A stretch of 64,000 nt of DNA from Candidatus Poseidoniaceae archaeon (GCA_038125145.1 JAYPDK010000001.1:4368-68367), one strand, 5' to 3'; counted from the first letter of the stretch, positions 8,166-18,186 are shown. Notes: generated from the letters alone by a model not told the origin. A program made the numbers and translations.

Positions 8166-9869
8166 CTATAGAACGAATTCCACCCGGGTCGACCGCGTGT
8201 CGATCCGAAGTTGAGGCAGGCCTTCACGCCAACCGAGTTCTGCACCGGTCAAGGCGAGGCTGTCACCGGGCCGAAGGGACAGCAAACGGTCGGTGAGGCT
8301 CCCGCCGAACATCGCCACTTCGATGACATGATGGCCGTCCCACAGGTGGAGGGTGGACATCGCCCAGGGACGTCCGTCGAGCCTGTTCCCGCTGTTGCGT
8401 CGGATGGAAAGCACCTTGCCACGGACGTTGGCTCGCGTCCGAAGCATGCCAAGCCGGGTCGTGTGCACCTCAGGGTCATCGTGGTGAATCGACGTCCCTG
8501 CGTCCGCATACAGCCGTGGTCCGCCCCGCCAGGCACCCGGCAACGCTCCACGAACGAGCACATCGCCGGCGGGGTGGTCATGCAAGGCCGGGGCTTGCCC
8601 AGGCTCGACCTCCTCGATTGGAACCACGGCTCGCCCGCTCGTCAGCGCTGCACCGATGACCGATTCGCCGAAATGGTTGGGCATCGGCCCCCAGTGGCCG
8701 TCGAGCCGTCCTCGAACGTTCACGCGACTCGGAATGGCGGCCAGCGGTTCGTAGGGAGGCGCAGGAGGCGGGACCTCCGTCCGTGTTCCAAGACGGTCCT
8801 CCAACAACCGGACCAGGCCAGCCTCGGTCGCCAGGGCACAGGACCTGCACGTGCTCTTTCGGCATCCCCCTTCGACGGGCAGCGGCAGGGCCACTGGACC
8901 TTCGGAAACCCTCTGGCTCATCGCCTCCGCGATGGCGCGAAGGTCCGCCGTTGCTGCGTCATGGTCCGGAAAAGGCTCCACCGCTTTTCTCCACCCACCG
9001 TCGAGGTACCATCCTTCCAAGCCGTCGGGCGTTGTTCCAAAGCACGACGTCCACAGCCAGCCGTAGAAGCGCATCTGGTCGTCGAGGCTTGGACCGTACG
9101 GCCCACCCCCGTCTCCGGATTTGATGTCCACGAGACGAAGACGGCCGTCCCAGCGCAACACCAGGTCCAATTCGCCCGCCGCCCAACCTTCTGGGTGGAA
9201 CATTCGTTGCGGTTGAAGCACCCGCGGGTCCTTCACCCAAGGCCGGACGATTTCCCATGCTTCAGCAGCATCAACGGGTTCGCTTTGCGATTTCCAACCG
9301 TCAAAGCCGGGAAGCACCGGGGGTTCGAGGTGAGCAGGCCAGCGATCGGGCAACGGATGGGAGGCAGCAGCCCCGTTGCAAGGCGCTGGAACCTCATGGA
9401 CCTGCTCGCCGCGTCGGAACGCCTGAAGGTGCGGACCACCGCCTTCTGCGATGCAGGCTTCCACCTCCTCCAGCAGCAGGTTCACCGCACATCCAAGCCT
9501 GTGTCGGAGGTCTTCTTCATGGAACGGCCATGGCTCGCCCACCTCACCCCTCCGCCAAGGCTCCTCGGCCCATCGTCGTGCGCCCTCTTCGTGCACAACG
9601 GTTGCTTCGTGCTCAACTTCCCTTGCCAACCATGACGTCAGACCGAGAAGGTCGAGGCCTGCAGGAGCATGACGCATCACGAGGCGCACGACGCCCTCCT
9701 CGAGCACGTGGCCAAGCACCTGTGAGGCTGAGGTTGGAGACCCCAAACCCACTTCGCGTGTGAGGCGCCATTCCGTCGTGCACCGTTGCCACGTGCTGTA
9801 CCCCGAGCCTGAAAGGCGACGACGCGACCGCCCGAGCGGCCCGCCGACCGGTGGCGTCGTCACGGGCAT
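8166..9869 (-). CDS. PD-(D/E)XK (Cas4/AddB-like) nuclease fused to C-terminal OB-fold domains, paralog B
   Basis: LSGSGY...QRCTTEW, GELDLV...LVDIKSG, DQMRFYG, CRKSTCRSC; OB-like ANVRGKVLSI...LWDGHHVIEVAMFG. Start placed at MPVTTPP (9869); the ORF extends to 9911. Confidence 0.8.
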   Translation of the reverse strand: MPVTTPPVGGPLGRSRRRLSGSGYSTWQRCTTEWRLTREVGLGSPTSASQVLGHVLEEGVVRLVMRHAPAGLDLLGLTSWLAREVEHEATVVHEEGARRWAEEPWRRGEVGEPWPFHEEDLRHRLGCAVNLLLEEVEACIAEGGGPHLQAFRRGEQVHEVPAPCNGAAASHPLPDRWPAHLEPPVLPGFDGWKSQSEPVDAAEAWEIVRPWVKDPRVLQPQRMFHPEGWAAGELDLVLRWDGRLRLVDIKSGDGGGPYGPSLDDQMRFYGWLWTSCFGTTPDGLEGWYLDGGWRKAVEPFPDHDAATADLRAIAEAMSQRVSEGPVALPLPVEGGCRKSTCRSCALATEAGLVRLLEDRLGTRTEVPPPAPPYEPLAAIPSRVNVRGRLDGHWGPMPNHFGESVIGAALTSGRAVVPIEEVEPGQAPALHDHPAGDVLVRGALPGAWRGGPRLYADAGTSIHHDDPEVHTTRLGMLRTRANVRGKVLSIRRNSGNRLDGRPWAMSTLHLWDGHHVIEVAMFGGSLTDRLLSLRPGDSLALTGAELGWREGLPQLRIDTRSTRVEFVL

Positions 9870-9907
9870 GACGGGCGGTACGGTCCCTCGCGCATGAAGG
9901 GCGCGCC

Positions 9908-11683
9908 TCAAGACTGGTAGGAATAGAAGTCCCCGGCCGTTCGCTGTTCGCGGTCCTTGCGGCTGTCGGCCTTGTTGATGCGCGGACGTTTGGACTCGTG
10001 ATCACGACGGAAGGTGATGTCCACGCTCGACAAGAAGCGGTTCATGCCTACCCTAAGGTCAAACGGTCCGGCCGCTTCACCGTGTCGACCACCTTCGCCT
10101 TCGAAGACAAGCAACGAATCGCTCACGATGTCGATGAAGTACACATCGTGATCGATGACGAAGGCGGCTTTTTCGTTGGATTCCATCGTTCGTCGAATGG
10201 CCTTCGCTGCTTCCATGCGAGCGTTGGCGTCCAAATGGGCGCTCGGTTCATCGAGCAGGTACAGGTCGGCCTCACGCCCGAGGCAGACGGCGATAGCAAC
10301 GCATTGCCGCTCACCACCAGAAAGCCGCTTCACTCGTTTCGGAAGCAGTTGATCGATGCCGAGGGCTCGGATGACGTTCACGTTGAATTCACCGCTCCTC
10401 CATCGAGGGCCAAGTTCGCTGTCGAGCCAGAGCTGCACCGTACCATCGATGTCCAAGTCAAGGTGTTGTGGCTTATAGGAAATCTTGGCGTCGCCCGAGA
10501 CCCATCCCGCATCGTATTCATGCTCGCCGGCGAGGATTTTGATCATCGTGGATTTCCCGGTCCCGTTCGGCCCAACCACGCCGACCACTTCGGCACGGTG
10601 AACGGCACCTTTGCCCGCCTTTAGGCTGAAATCACCCAATTTCTTCTCCAGCTCGCCCCATTCGACCACTTGCGCACCGGTTTCGACCTTCCGGTCGCGG
10701 TGCCCAAGGAACGTGATTGGCTTCTGACGAATGCGCACGTTTTGTTCGGGGAGAAAGCCGTCAAGGTAGGCGTTGATCGCGGTGCGGGTGGCGCGTGCGG
10801 GAGTGAAGATTCCAAACGCACCCTTTGTGCCGTAGACGATGTGGACCAAGTCAGCAAGGACGTCCAACACGGCGAGGTCGTGCTCGATGACGATCACCCT
10901 GCGGTCCTCAGCGAGGCGTTGCACAATGCGGACAATGCGCAAGCGTTCGTGAATGTCGAGGTACGAGGAGGGTTCGTCGAGGAAGTACACGTCAGCGTCC
11001 CTCAGCAAGGTGGCCGCCAGGGCCATGCGCTGCAGTTCACCGCCAGACAGTTGCCCAATCTCTCGCTCCATCAGGTGATCGATGCCGAGGTCCCGCGTCA
11101 GTTGGTCGCAGAGGTCTCGTTCGTCGACTTTGCGGAGCAGGGCTCCGACCTTTCCCTGAACCCGCTGAGGAAGGCGGTCAACGTTCTGTGGTTTCACGGC
11201 CACGGTGATGCGGCCTTCCTTGACTTCCGTCAGGAAATCACGGAGTTCACCACGGGGCAGGCTGTGCAGCACTGCGTCCCAATCGGCCTCACCTCGGAAA
11301 TCACCAAGGTTCGGAACAAGCCGTCCGGACAGCGCGTTGAAGGCGGTGGATTTACCCATGCCGTTGGGACCAAGGATCCCGACCACCTGGTCCTTTGACG
11401 GCGTAGGGAGGCGAAACAACCTGAATCCGTTTTGCGAGTATCGATGGATCATGTCGGTTTCGAGCTCTTCGGGCAACTGCTCGATGATGAGGGCATCATG
11501 CGGGCATTTGTTGATGCATATGCCGCAACCGATGCAGAGGCTTTCAGAGATGTGGGGTTTGCCCGTGCGGGCATCCATAATGATACATTCTTGCCCGTTT
11601 CGAACAGGGGGGCAATAGGTGTGGCACTCATCGTTGCACTTCTTTGGTTGGCAACTGTCCTCACGAAGAACAGCGACGCGCAT
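9908..11683 (-). CDS. Ribosome recycling ATPase ABCE1 (RNase L inhibitor)
   Basis: N-terminal Fe-S motifs CQPKKC...C...CP and CIGCGICINKCP; two ABC domains (GPNGMGKS, LSGGE, DEPS; GPNGTGKS, LSGGE, DEPS). Confidence 0.97.
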   Translation of the reverse strand: MRVAVLREDSCQPKKCNDECHTYCPPVRNGQECIIMDARTGKPHISESLCIGCGICINKCPHDALIIEQLPEELETDMIHRYSQNGFRLFRLPTPSKDQVVGILGPNGMGKSTAFNALSGRLVPNLGDFRGEADWDAVLHSLPRGELRDFLTEVKEGRITVAVKPQNVDRLPQRVQGKVGALLRKVDERDLCDQLTRDLGIDHLMEREIGQLSGGELQRMALAATLLRDADVYFLDEPSSYLDIHERLRIVRIVQRLAEDRRVIVIEHDLAVLDVLADLVHIVYGTKGAFGIFTPARATRTAINAYLDGFLPEQNVRIRQKPITFLGHRDRKVETGAQVVEWGELEKKLGDFSLKAGKGAVHRAEVVGVVGPNGTGKSTMIKILAGEHEYDAGWVSGDAKISYKPQHLDLDIDGTVQLWLDSELGPRWRSGEFNVNVIRALGIDQLLPKRVKRLSGGERQCVAIAVCLGREADLYLLDEPSAHLDANARMEAAKAIRRTMESNEKAAFVIDHDVYFIDIVSDSLLVFEGEGGRHGEAAGPFDLRVGMNRFLSSVDITFRRDHESKRPRINKADSRKDREQRTAGDFYSYQS

Positions 11684-11744
11684 GGTTCCACCCGTTCAAC
11701 TGGCCACGGCGTGACGCTATGAACGTGCCCGCCGGGGGGCGGCC

Positions 11745-12284
11745 TCAGACGAGGCCCTTCAGGAGTTCCTGACCGCTGACCAACCTGGTCGTGCACGGCG
11801 AGGGGAACTTCATGCTCGCCTTGCGCAGGGCAGACTTTGCGGTGAGGTAGTGCTCTGCCGTGGTTTGGAGCGTCAGGACGCGCTGACCGCGCTGCACACG
11901 GGCTGCCGTACCGACGTTCTTGCCGAACGCGCAGCGCATGCCCTGCGACACACGGTCCGCACCTGCTCCAGTGGCCTGCTTGTTCTCACGCAGGACGTGG
12001 TGAGGGTAGGTGTGGACACGAAGGGCGTAGCCCTGTGCGCCAGAGGCGTTCCTGATGGTTGAATTGCAGATCACACGGGCGGCCTCAAGCGCCGTGTGGC
12101 GGATCTGACAGGCGTTGTCCACGCGGAGTTCGATCACCACGGGGAAACCCCCTGTTTCAGCAGCACGCCGGTTGCCGGTGTGGAACTGCATGATACGGTT
12201 GTTCGGAACACCACCGATGTACTTGCGGCGCGTGTATGCGGGACCCTTGACTTGGCGGTACATTTTTGCAGGCTTGCGTGCCAT
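11745..12284 (-). CDS. rpl10e: 50S ribosomal protein L10e/uL16
   Basis: MARKPAKMYR...QIRHTALEAAR...YPHHVLRENKQATGAGADRVSQGMRCAFGK; GGAGGTG RBS before ATG 12284. Confidence 0.97.
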   Translation of the reverse strand: MARKPAKMYRQVKGPAYTRRKYIGGVPNNRIMQFHTGNRRAAETGGFPVVIELRVDNACQIRHTALEAARVICNSTIRNASGAQGYALRVHTYPHHVLRENKQATGAGADRVSQGMRCAFGKNVGTAARVQRGQRVLTLQTTAEHYLTAKSALRKASMKFPSPCTTRLVSGQELLKGLV

Positions 12285-12399
12285 CGTTACACCTCCGAGC
12301 AGCCCGTCGACCTGACCCCCACTTATGAGGCCTCCGATGGGGCACCCGGACCGCGTGGAGCGAGGGAAGGCTTGAGAATCTCGGGCTCGACCTCCCCCC

Positions 12400-13584
12400 A
12401 TGGCGAGCCGCTTCTCCTCCCTCTTGGAGCAGGAGTCGGAGCACCAATGGCTGGCCATCGGCCTCTTCGCGCTATTCGCCCTCGCCGGTGGCTGGGCCAT
12501 CAACGCCAGCAGCGACCTTTCTGGCGTCGGACTCGCCTCCATGGACGCCGCATGGACGCAGGAAGACCTGCTCGACGTGGCGCTTGTGGAGGGAAGTTGG
12601 TCGAACGCTCACGTCGGCCTTGTGGACACCGATACGGGCCAGCGAATTTACCGGCAAACAGGAGCCGAAGCCTCCGAATTCAAACTCCTCGACGCGAGCG
12701 AGCGACCCTCACGCCTCTTGCCGCAGGACGATGGCAGCGTCTGGTGGGACGCGGCCGCTGGAGAAGTGCGGGGCGTGGCCAGCGACGGCCAGCGCATGAC
12801 AGCCATCACAGGCTTGGACGACGAGCGGGTGCTTGACCTCCTCGTGATCGATGAACAGGGCGTCTATGGAATCCTCCTGTACCGTTCAGGTACGTCCACT
12901 GGTGTTGTGGCCTTCGATGGACTTGATGGCAACTTCAGCAGCCTGAGCGCGCCTGAAGGCGTCACCTGGACCGACCTCGAGATGACCGACTCCGGCCAGG
13001 TGCTGGCCGCGGGATGGCGCATGTTGGAGGGAAGCAACCCCGCCACACCAGACGTGGTCAGCGTGGTTTCCTTCCTCTCGAACGATGCTGGAACGCTGAC
13101 GCTTGACGTCGCGAGCGTCGATGGGCCCAAGGGGTACCTCCACACGCTGCTCCCCAGAAACGCAGAGGAGGTGGTCCTCGCCACCCGCCAAGGAACGATG
13201 CTTCTCGACAGCAGCGGTTCCCGCACCTTCCTGAACGTGCCCTCCCTTGCGGCGGCCATTGACGCCGAGGGGAAGGTATGGTTGATCGGGGCTGCGGACG
13301 GCACCACGGTGGTGGTGTGGGATGGAACAGGGACGGACGTGCGAAGCATGCCCACGCCGCTGGGAATTCAGGTTGAGGTAAGCACGAGCACCACCTCCAC
13401 ATGGCTGTTGTTCGGTCCAGACAAGGACGGTACGCTTCAGGGAATAGAGATCGACATGAGCATTGAGGCGTCGGTGTTGAGCGGACGAGGTTTCCTGAAC
13501 ATGCTTTTCCTGCTCGTGGGCGTTATCTCGCTCGCCGGTGTTGGCGCATCATGGTGGGCCGAGGCCCGAAGGTCGCTCGATTGA
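12400..13584 (+). CDS. Hypothetical membrane-anchored, beta-rich (propeller-like) extracellular protein
   Basis: N-terminal TM segment, repeated DG-x-V-W type strands, C-terminal TM followed by basic residues. Confidence 0.6.
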   Translation: MASRFSSLLEQESEHQWLAIGLFALFALAGGWAINASSDLSGVGLASMDAAWTQEDLLDVALVEGSWSNAHVGLVDTDTGQRIYRQTGAEASEFKLLDASERPSRLLPQDDGSVWWDAAAGEVRGVASDGQRMTAITGLDDERVLDLLVIDEQGVYGILLYRSGTSTGVVAFDGLDGNFSSLSAPEGVTWTDLEMTDSGQVLAAGWRMLEGSNPATPDVVSVVSFLSNDAGTLTLDVASVDGPKGYLHTLLPRNAEEVVLATRQGTMLLDSSGSRTFLNVPSLAAAIDAEGKVWLIGAADGTTVVVWDGTGTDVRSMPTPLGIQVEVSTSTTSTWLLFGPDKDGTLQGIEIDMSIEASVLSGRGFLNMLFLLVGVISLAGVGASWWAEARRSLD

Positions 13585-13652
13585 CAGCATTGCCTTCGCC
13601 ACCTTCATGTGCCCTCGTCGAGGTGTACGAAGCCTGTGCGTGGTGGAGTTCG

Positions 13653-16286
13653 ATGGCGAAGCGGACGATGATGGAGCAGCACGCCGAGATCAAGGCGGCG
13701 CATCCACAGTCGATCCTCTTCTTTCGCATGGGGGATTTCTACGAGCTCTTCCACGAGGACGCCCACGTAGGCGCAGAGGTGCTTGGACTGACCTTGACCG
13801 CGCGGGACAAGTCTTCCGGCACCCCCATCCCCATGGCCGGCTTTCCATGGCACCAGCTCGAAGAACAGGTGCGGACGATGCTGTCCTCCGGAAGGACCGT
13901 GGCCGTGGCTGAGCAAGAAGACGAACTTCGAGAGGGTGCGACCTTGCTCGAACGTGTCGTCACCCGGGTGTACACTCCGGGCTCGTTGTACGAGGAGGGG
14001 TTGCTGCAGGACGAGCGCGCGAGCCTGTTGGCCGGCGTGGTTGAACGCGAAGGTTTCGTCGGCCTTTGCCTGCTGGACGCTGCGGCCTCCACTGCAACGT
14101 GCATGCAATACGACGGTGAGGAACGGTGGTCGATGTTGACCGATGAACTGCTTCGATGGTCGCCATCGGAGGTTGTCCTTCGCCCCAGCCTCGCCGGGAC
14201 GGATCCCTTCCTCCGCCTCATCGCCGAACTCCGCGGCGTGGTGGTGTCGCAGCACGATGGACGCCGAAAACGGGGGCGTGAACGGCTCATGCGTGCCCTC
14301 GGCGTTGCCGATCTTGGCCACCTGGACCTCGATGGAGCTGAGATCGCCCTCGACGCGGCAGGCCTGGCCACCGACTACCTCTCCACGGTGCTGCATGCTG
14401 AGGTTGAATTGGCGGACCTCGAAGTCGCTCATCAGCACGGCGCGATGGTGCTCGACAGAACCACATTGAGGAACCTTGAGATCACGCAAACCTTAGCGGG
14501 CGAGCACGAAGGCTCCCTTGTCGCCGCAGTGGGACGTTGCCGCACCGCCATGGGACGCCGACGCCTTCGCGCGTGGCTTCTCCGTCCGTTGACCGACCTC
14601 AACGCGATTCATGCTCGACAGGACGCTGTCGCGTCCCTCAGCCGTTCCTCCCGCCGCTTGGATGGCGTCCGAACCGCCCTCACCGGCATGCGGGACCTTG
14701 AGCGCTTGGCCACGCTGGCCGGGCACGGGCGAGCCAACGCAAGGGACCTCATGGCGACAGGGCTTGCTTTGGACCGATTGCCCGCACTTCAGCGGGCCTG
14801 TGAGGAGACCGATGACGCATTGCTCAACGCATTGGGGGAAGGCCTTGACGGCCTTTCGGCGTTGGCCGACAGGATTGCACGAACGCTGGTCGATGCACCC
14901 CCTCTCTCCGTCCGAGAAGGCGGGCTGCTTCGCGAAGGAGTGCACGATGAGGTGGACCGCCTCCGAAGCATCGCTGACGAAGGAACGGCATGGTTCGAAG
15001 CCTACGAAGAACGACTCCGACGCGACCTTGAGATTCCAAGCCTCAAGGTGAGGCAAAACCGTCAGATTGGCTGGTTCATCGAGGTGACCAACACCCACCT
15101 CGACAAAGTTCCAGAGGACTTCCATCGCAAGCAACAGATGACCAATGGCCATCGATTCATCACCTCGGACCTCGTCGAGCGTGATCAAGCCCTCTTGAAC
15201 GCCGTCACGCGTTCAAGGGCGTTGGAATACGACGTGTTCGTCGACCTACGCAGAACCGTGGCTGAGCACGCTCGAACACTGGCGAACCTTGCAGGCCGGG
15301 TGGCATGCATTGACGTGCTCCATGGTTTTGCCGTGGTGGCGCGGGAACGAAGGTGGTGCAGACCTGTTGTTCACGAAGGAGACGACCTGGTGCTTGAGGC
15401 CGCACGGCACCCCGTGCTCGAGCGTGAACCGGGCTTCGTGCCAAACAACCTGCGGTTCGACCGCAAACGACGCTTCCTGCTCATCACTGGACCGAACATG
15501 GGTGGGAAATCGACGTACCTTCGCACGGCGGCCTTGGTGACCCTTTTGGCGCAATGCGGCAGTTTTGTCCCGTGCGATCGAGCGAAGGTGGGACTCGTCG
15601 ACCGCGTCTTCACCCGCGTTGGTGCGAGCGATGACCTGCTACGAGGTCGTTCGACCTTCATGATGGAGATGATCGAAGTCGCGCACATCCTTCGGCATGC
15701 TTCGCCATCCTCACTGGTCCTGCTGGACGAGATTGGACGGGGCACGTCGACGTTTGATGGGCTCTCGATTGCATGGGCGGTGACCGAGGACATCGCAAAG
15801 CGAATCGGGGCGAGGACCTTGTTCGCGACACACTACCACCAACTCATCGGACTTGAGGACGACGTGCACGGCGTCGTGAACGTCTCTGTTGGGGTGTCGG
15901 AAGCCGATGAAGGGCTCCGGTTCTTGCACACCGTCAGCGACGGACCGTGCGACGAATCCTACGGGGTCCGCGTCGCGGCCTTGGCCGGCCTTCCACGTGA
16001 CGTGGTCGAGCGGGCCAGCGACCTGCTGCGCTTCCTCGAGGGTCAGGCCACCGGCGCTCGGGCTGGTGTTCAAGGTCAACCAAGCAGGCGTGCACAAGGA
16101 CAGGCCAGCCTGTTGACCTACCTCGGAGCGAGCCGGCCAGCAAGCGTGCCGACTCCGCGCCCACCCCACGAGGAAGACGTGCTGGCGAGGTTGCAGGAGG
16201 TGGATCCTGACGACCTGAGCCCTCGGGAGGCCGCAGCTGTCTTGCGAGCGCTTGTGGAACGCAGCCGAGGTGAACGTGATGGTTGA
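13653..16286 (+). CDS. mutS: DNA mismatch repair protein MutS (MutS1)
   Basis: FFRMGDFYELF mismatch-binding motif, ITGPNMGGKSTY, STFMMEM, LLDEIGRGTST, FATHYH. Confidence 0.97.
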   Translation: MAKRTMMEQHAEIKAAHPQSILFFRMGDFYELFHEDAHVGAEVLGLTLTARDKSSGTPIPMAGFPWHQLEEQVRTMLSSGRTVAVAEQEDELREGATLLERVVTRVYTPGSLYEEGLLQDERASLLAGVVEREGFVGLCLLDAAASTATCMQYDGEERWSMLTDELLRWSPSEVVLRPSLAGTDPFLRLIAELRGVVVSQHDGRRKRGRERLMRALGVADLGHLDLDGAEIALDAAGLATDYLSTVLHAEVELADLEVAHQHGAMVLDRTTLRNLEITQTLAGEHEGSLVAAVGRCRTAMGRRRLRAWLLRPLTDLNAIHARQDAVASLSRSSRRLDGVRTALTGMRDLERLATLAGHGRANARDLMATGLALDRLPALQRACEETDDALLNALGEGLDGLSALADRIARTLVDAPPLSVREGGLLREGVHDEVDRLRSIADEGTAWFEAYEERLRRDLEIPSLKVRQNRQIGWFIEVTNTHLDKVPEDFHRKQQMTNGHRFITSDLVERDQALLNAVTRSRALEYDVFVDLRRTVAEHARTLANLAGRVACIDVLHGFAVVARERRWCRPVVHEGDDLVLEAARHPVLEREPGFVPNNLRFDRKRRFLLITGPNMGGKSTYLRTAALVTLLAQCGSFVPCDRAKVGLVDRVFTRVGASDDLLRGRSTFMMEMIEVAHILRHASPSSLVLLDEIGRGTSTFDGLSIAWAVTEDIAKRIGARTLFATHYHQLIGLEDDVHGVVNVSVGVSEADEGLRFLHTVSDGPCDESYGVRVAALAGLPRDVVERASDLLRFLEGQATGARAGVQGQPSRRAQGQASLLTYLGASRPASVPTPRPPHEEDVLARLQEVDPDDLSPREAAAVLRALVERSRGERDG

Positions 16287-18186
16287 GCGGTCACGCATCG
16301 TTCAACTCGACGAGTTGACGATTGGGCACATCGCTGCCGGCGAGGTTGTTGAACGGCCGGCTCAGGTCGTGAAGGAACTGGTCGAGAACAGCATCGATGC
16401 CGGCGCCTCCAGCATTGAGGTACGCATCGAACGCGGTGGGTTCGACATGATTCGCGTGGAGGACGATGGTCACGGCATCCTCCCGGAGGACCTCAGCCTC
16501 GCCCTCGACCGCCACGCCACGTCCAAACTTGCACGAAAGGAGGACTTGGCCGCCATCCATACGATGGGCTTCCGCGGCGAGGCCCTGGCATCCATTGGGG
16601 TGGTGAGCCACCTCACCCTCACCAGCCGCTGTGAAGGCATGGAGGGGGCTGAGGTCCGCATGCAGGAAGGCAAGCGAAGCCACGTCGAGGCCCGAGGTCG
16701 TGGACGAGGTACCACCGTGACCGTCGAGCGCCTCTTCGCGAACGTCCCCGCCAGGCTCGCGTTTCAGCGCCGGCCCCAGACCGAACACGCGCGTATCGTT
16801 GACGTGGTGGTGGACCACGCGATGGCACACCACGCTGTTGGATTCCGACTCGAGTTGGACGGTCGAGTCGCCCTTGATGTTCCTCCCGTTGACATGGTGG
16901 AAGACCGGTTGCACGACCTCTTGGGGCAGCGCGCTGGTGAATTGCTTCCGCTCCGCCCCCCTCCCGACGACGAAGCGGCACCAGGAGAGGAGCGATGGAC
17001 TGGATGGATCAGCGCACCAGACATCACGCGTGGTAAGGCCGATGACGTTCACGTGCTTGTGAACGGTCGCCCGGTGGCGGCAGGACCCTTCCTCCAAGCC
17101 GTTCGACGGGGCTACCGAACCCGGCTTATGGTCGGCCGGCATCCTGTCGCGGTGCTTCACCTCAACCTGCCCGCAGAGGAAGTGGACGTCAACGTCCATC
17201 CAACCAAGCGTGAGGTCCGCTTGCGTCACGCATGGCGCGTGCTCGAACGCCTCGAGCGTTCCGTGGCCCACACGCTTCAATCCGTGGCCACCAAACCGGA
17301 AAGCGCTGGAGCCATCCCGGAGTTGTCCGGGCTTGACTCGGTTCGTCAAGAGGTCCTCTCGGTCGATGTCGAACCGTCTGCTCCTCCTCCAGCCTGGGCG
17401 CAAGCCGCGGGCGTGGGTCGGATCGTCGAACCCCCAATCACATCGCCCCGAGAGAACATACCGTCCACGCCTCCACAGGCCACCCTCCCTGGATTGGACG
17501 CTGACCCTGTTGCACCGGCCCTTTCGGAAGCCGAAAGGGACCTCCATCGGCACGCAGGCGATGGAGCGTGTGGACCAACAGAGGAAGCGGCCTTGGAAGG
17601 TCAACTGAACGACCTTCCACCAATGGAGCCCCTCGGTCAATTCGCTGGAACGTACATGCTCGTGGAAGCAGGAGAAGAATTGCTTCTCATCGACCAGCAC
17701 GCGCTTCATGAACGGATTCGATACGAACGGCTGCGCCATGACGATGCGTTGTGGGAGGGCCAGCGGCGCCTCATCCCCATACCGCTCGACCTTGATGCAC
17801 GCACCGTCGAACGTGTCCATGCGGGGGCCGAACGGCTGCGAGGCATCGGATTTGAATTGGACCTCATCGATGACACGTGGAGCATCACGGCAGCACCGCG
17901 CTTGCTTGGTGACGACGCCGGCGCTTTCCTTCTTGACCTCCTTCAGGACGTCGACGAAGACGGGGCACCGCTCGAAACCGTCGAGCGCCGGCGTGATCAT
18001 CTCGCGTTCATGACCGCATGCAGGGGAGCGGTGAAGGCGAATCAACCGCTGACGCGTGCGGAAATGCGACGTTTGTTGGAGGACATGCGGCGCATTCCGA
18101 ACCCATGGGCCTGCGTTCATGGGCGACCAACGGCGCTCCGCCTCGACCGGCACGCCCTCGACCTGCATTTTGGTCGTGAGGGCTGA
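16279..18186 (+). CDS. mutL: DNA mismatch repair endonuclease MutL
   Basis: IAAGEVVERP, KELVENSIDAG, GFRGEALASI, DVNVHPTKREV; endonuclease motifs DQHALHERIRYE, ACR and CVHGRP. Confidence 0.97.
   Translation: MVERSRIVQLDELTIGHIAAGEVVERPAQVVKELVENSIDAGASSIEVRIERGGFDMIRVEDDGHGILPEDLSLALDRHATSKLARKEDLAAIHTMGFRGEALASIGVVSHLTLTSRCEGMEGAEVRMQEGKRSHVEARGRGRGTTVTVERLFANVPARLAFQRRPQTEHARIVDVVVDHAMAHHAVGFRLELDGRVALDVPPVDMVEDRLHDLLGQRAGELLPLRPPPDDEAAPGEERWTGWISAPDITRGKADDVHVLVNGRPVAAGPFLQAVRRGYRTRLMVGRHPVAVLHLNLPAEEVDVNVHPTKREVRLRHAWRVLERLERSVAHTLQSVATKPESAGAIPELSGLDSVRQEVLSVDVEPSAPPPAWAQAAGVGRIVEPPITSPRENIPSTPPQATLPGLDADPVAPALSEAERDLHRHAGDGACGPTEEAALEGQLNDLPPMEPLGQFAGTYMLVEAGEELLLIDQHALHERIRYERLRHDDALWEGQRRLIPIPLDLDARTVERVHAGAERLRGIGFELDLIDDTWSITAAPRLLGDDAGAFLLDLLQDVDEDGAPLETVERRRDHLAFMTACRGAVKANQPLTRAEMRRLLEDMRRIPNPWACVHGRPTALRLDRHALDLHFGREG

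Noticed and set aside
8211..9635. 474-aa plus-strand ORF
   Set aside because: Antisense shadow of nuclease paralog B.
6288..9869. CRISPR-Cas locus suggested by the Cas4-like genes
   Set aside because: No cas1/cas2 or effector genes and no repeat-spacer array visible in the window. Both proteins are far longer than Cas4.
5962..9911. Integrated mobile element at tRNA-Ser
   Set aside because: No integrase, no duplicated tRNA 3' end seen and no obvious compositional shift. The nuclease genes lie on the 5' side of the tRNA among core genes.
16291..18168. 625-aa antisense ORF
   Set aside because: Shadow of mutL on the opposite strand, typical of high-GC codon usage; no recognisable motifs.
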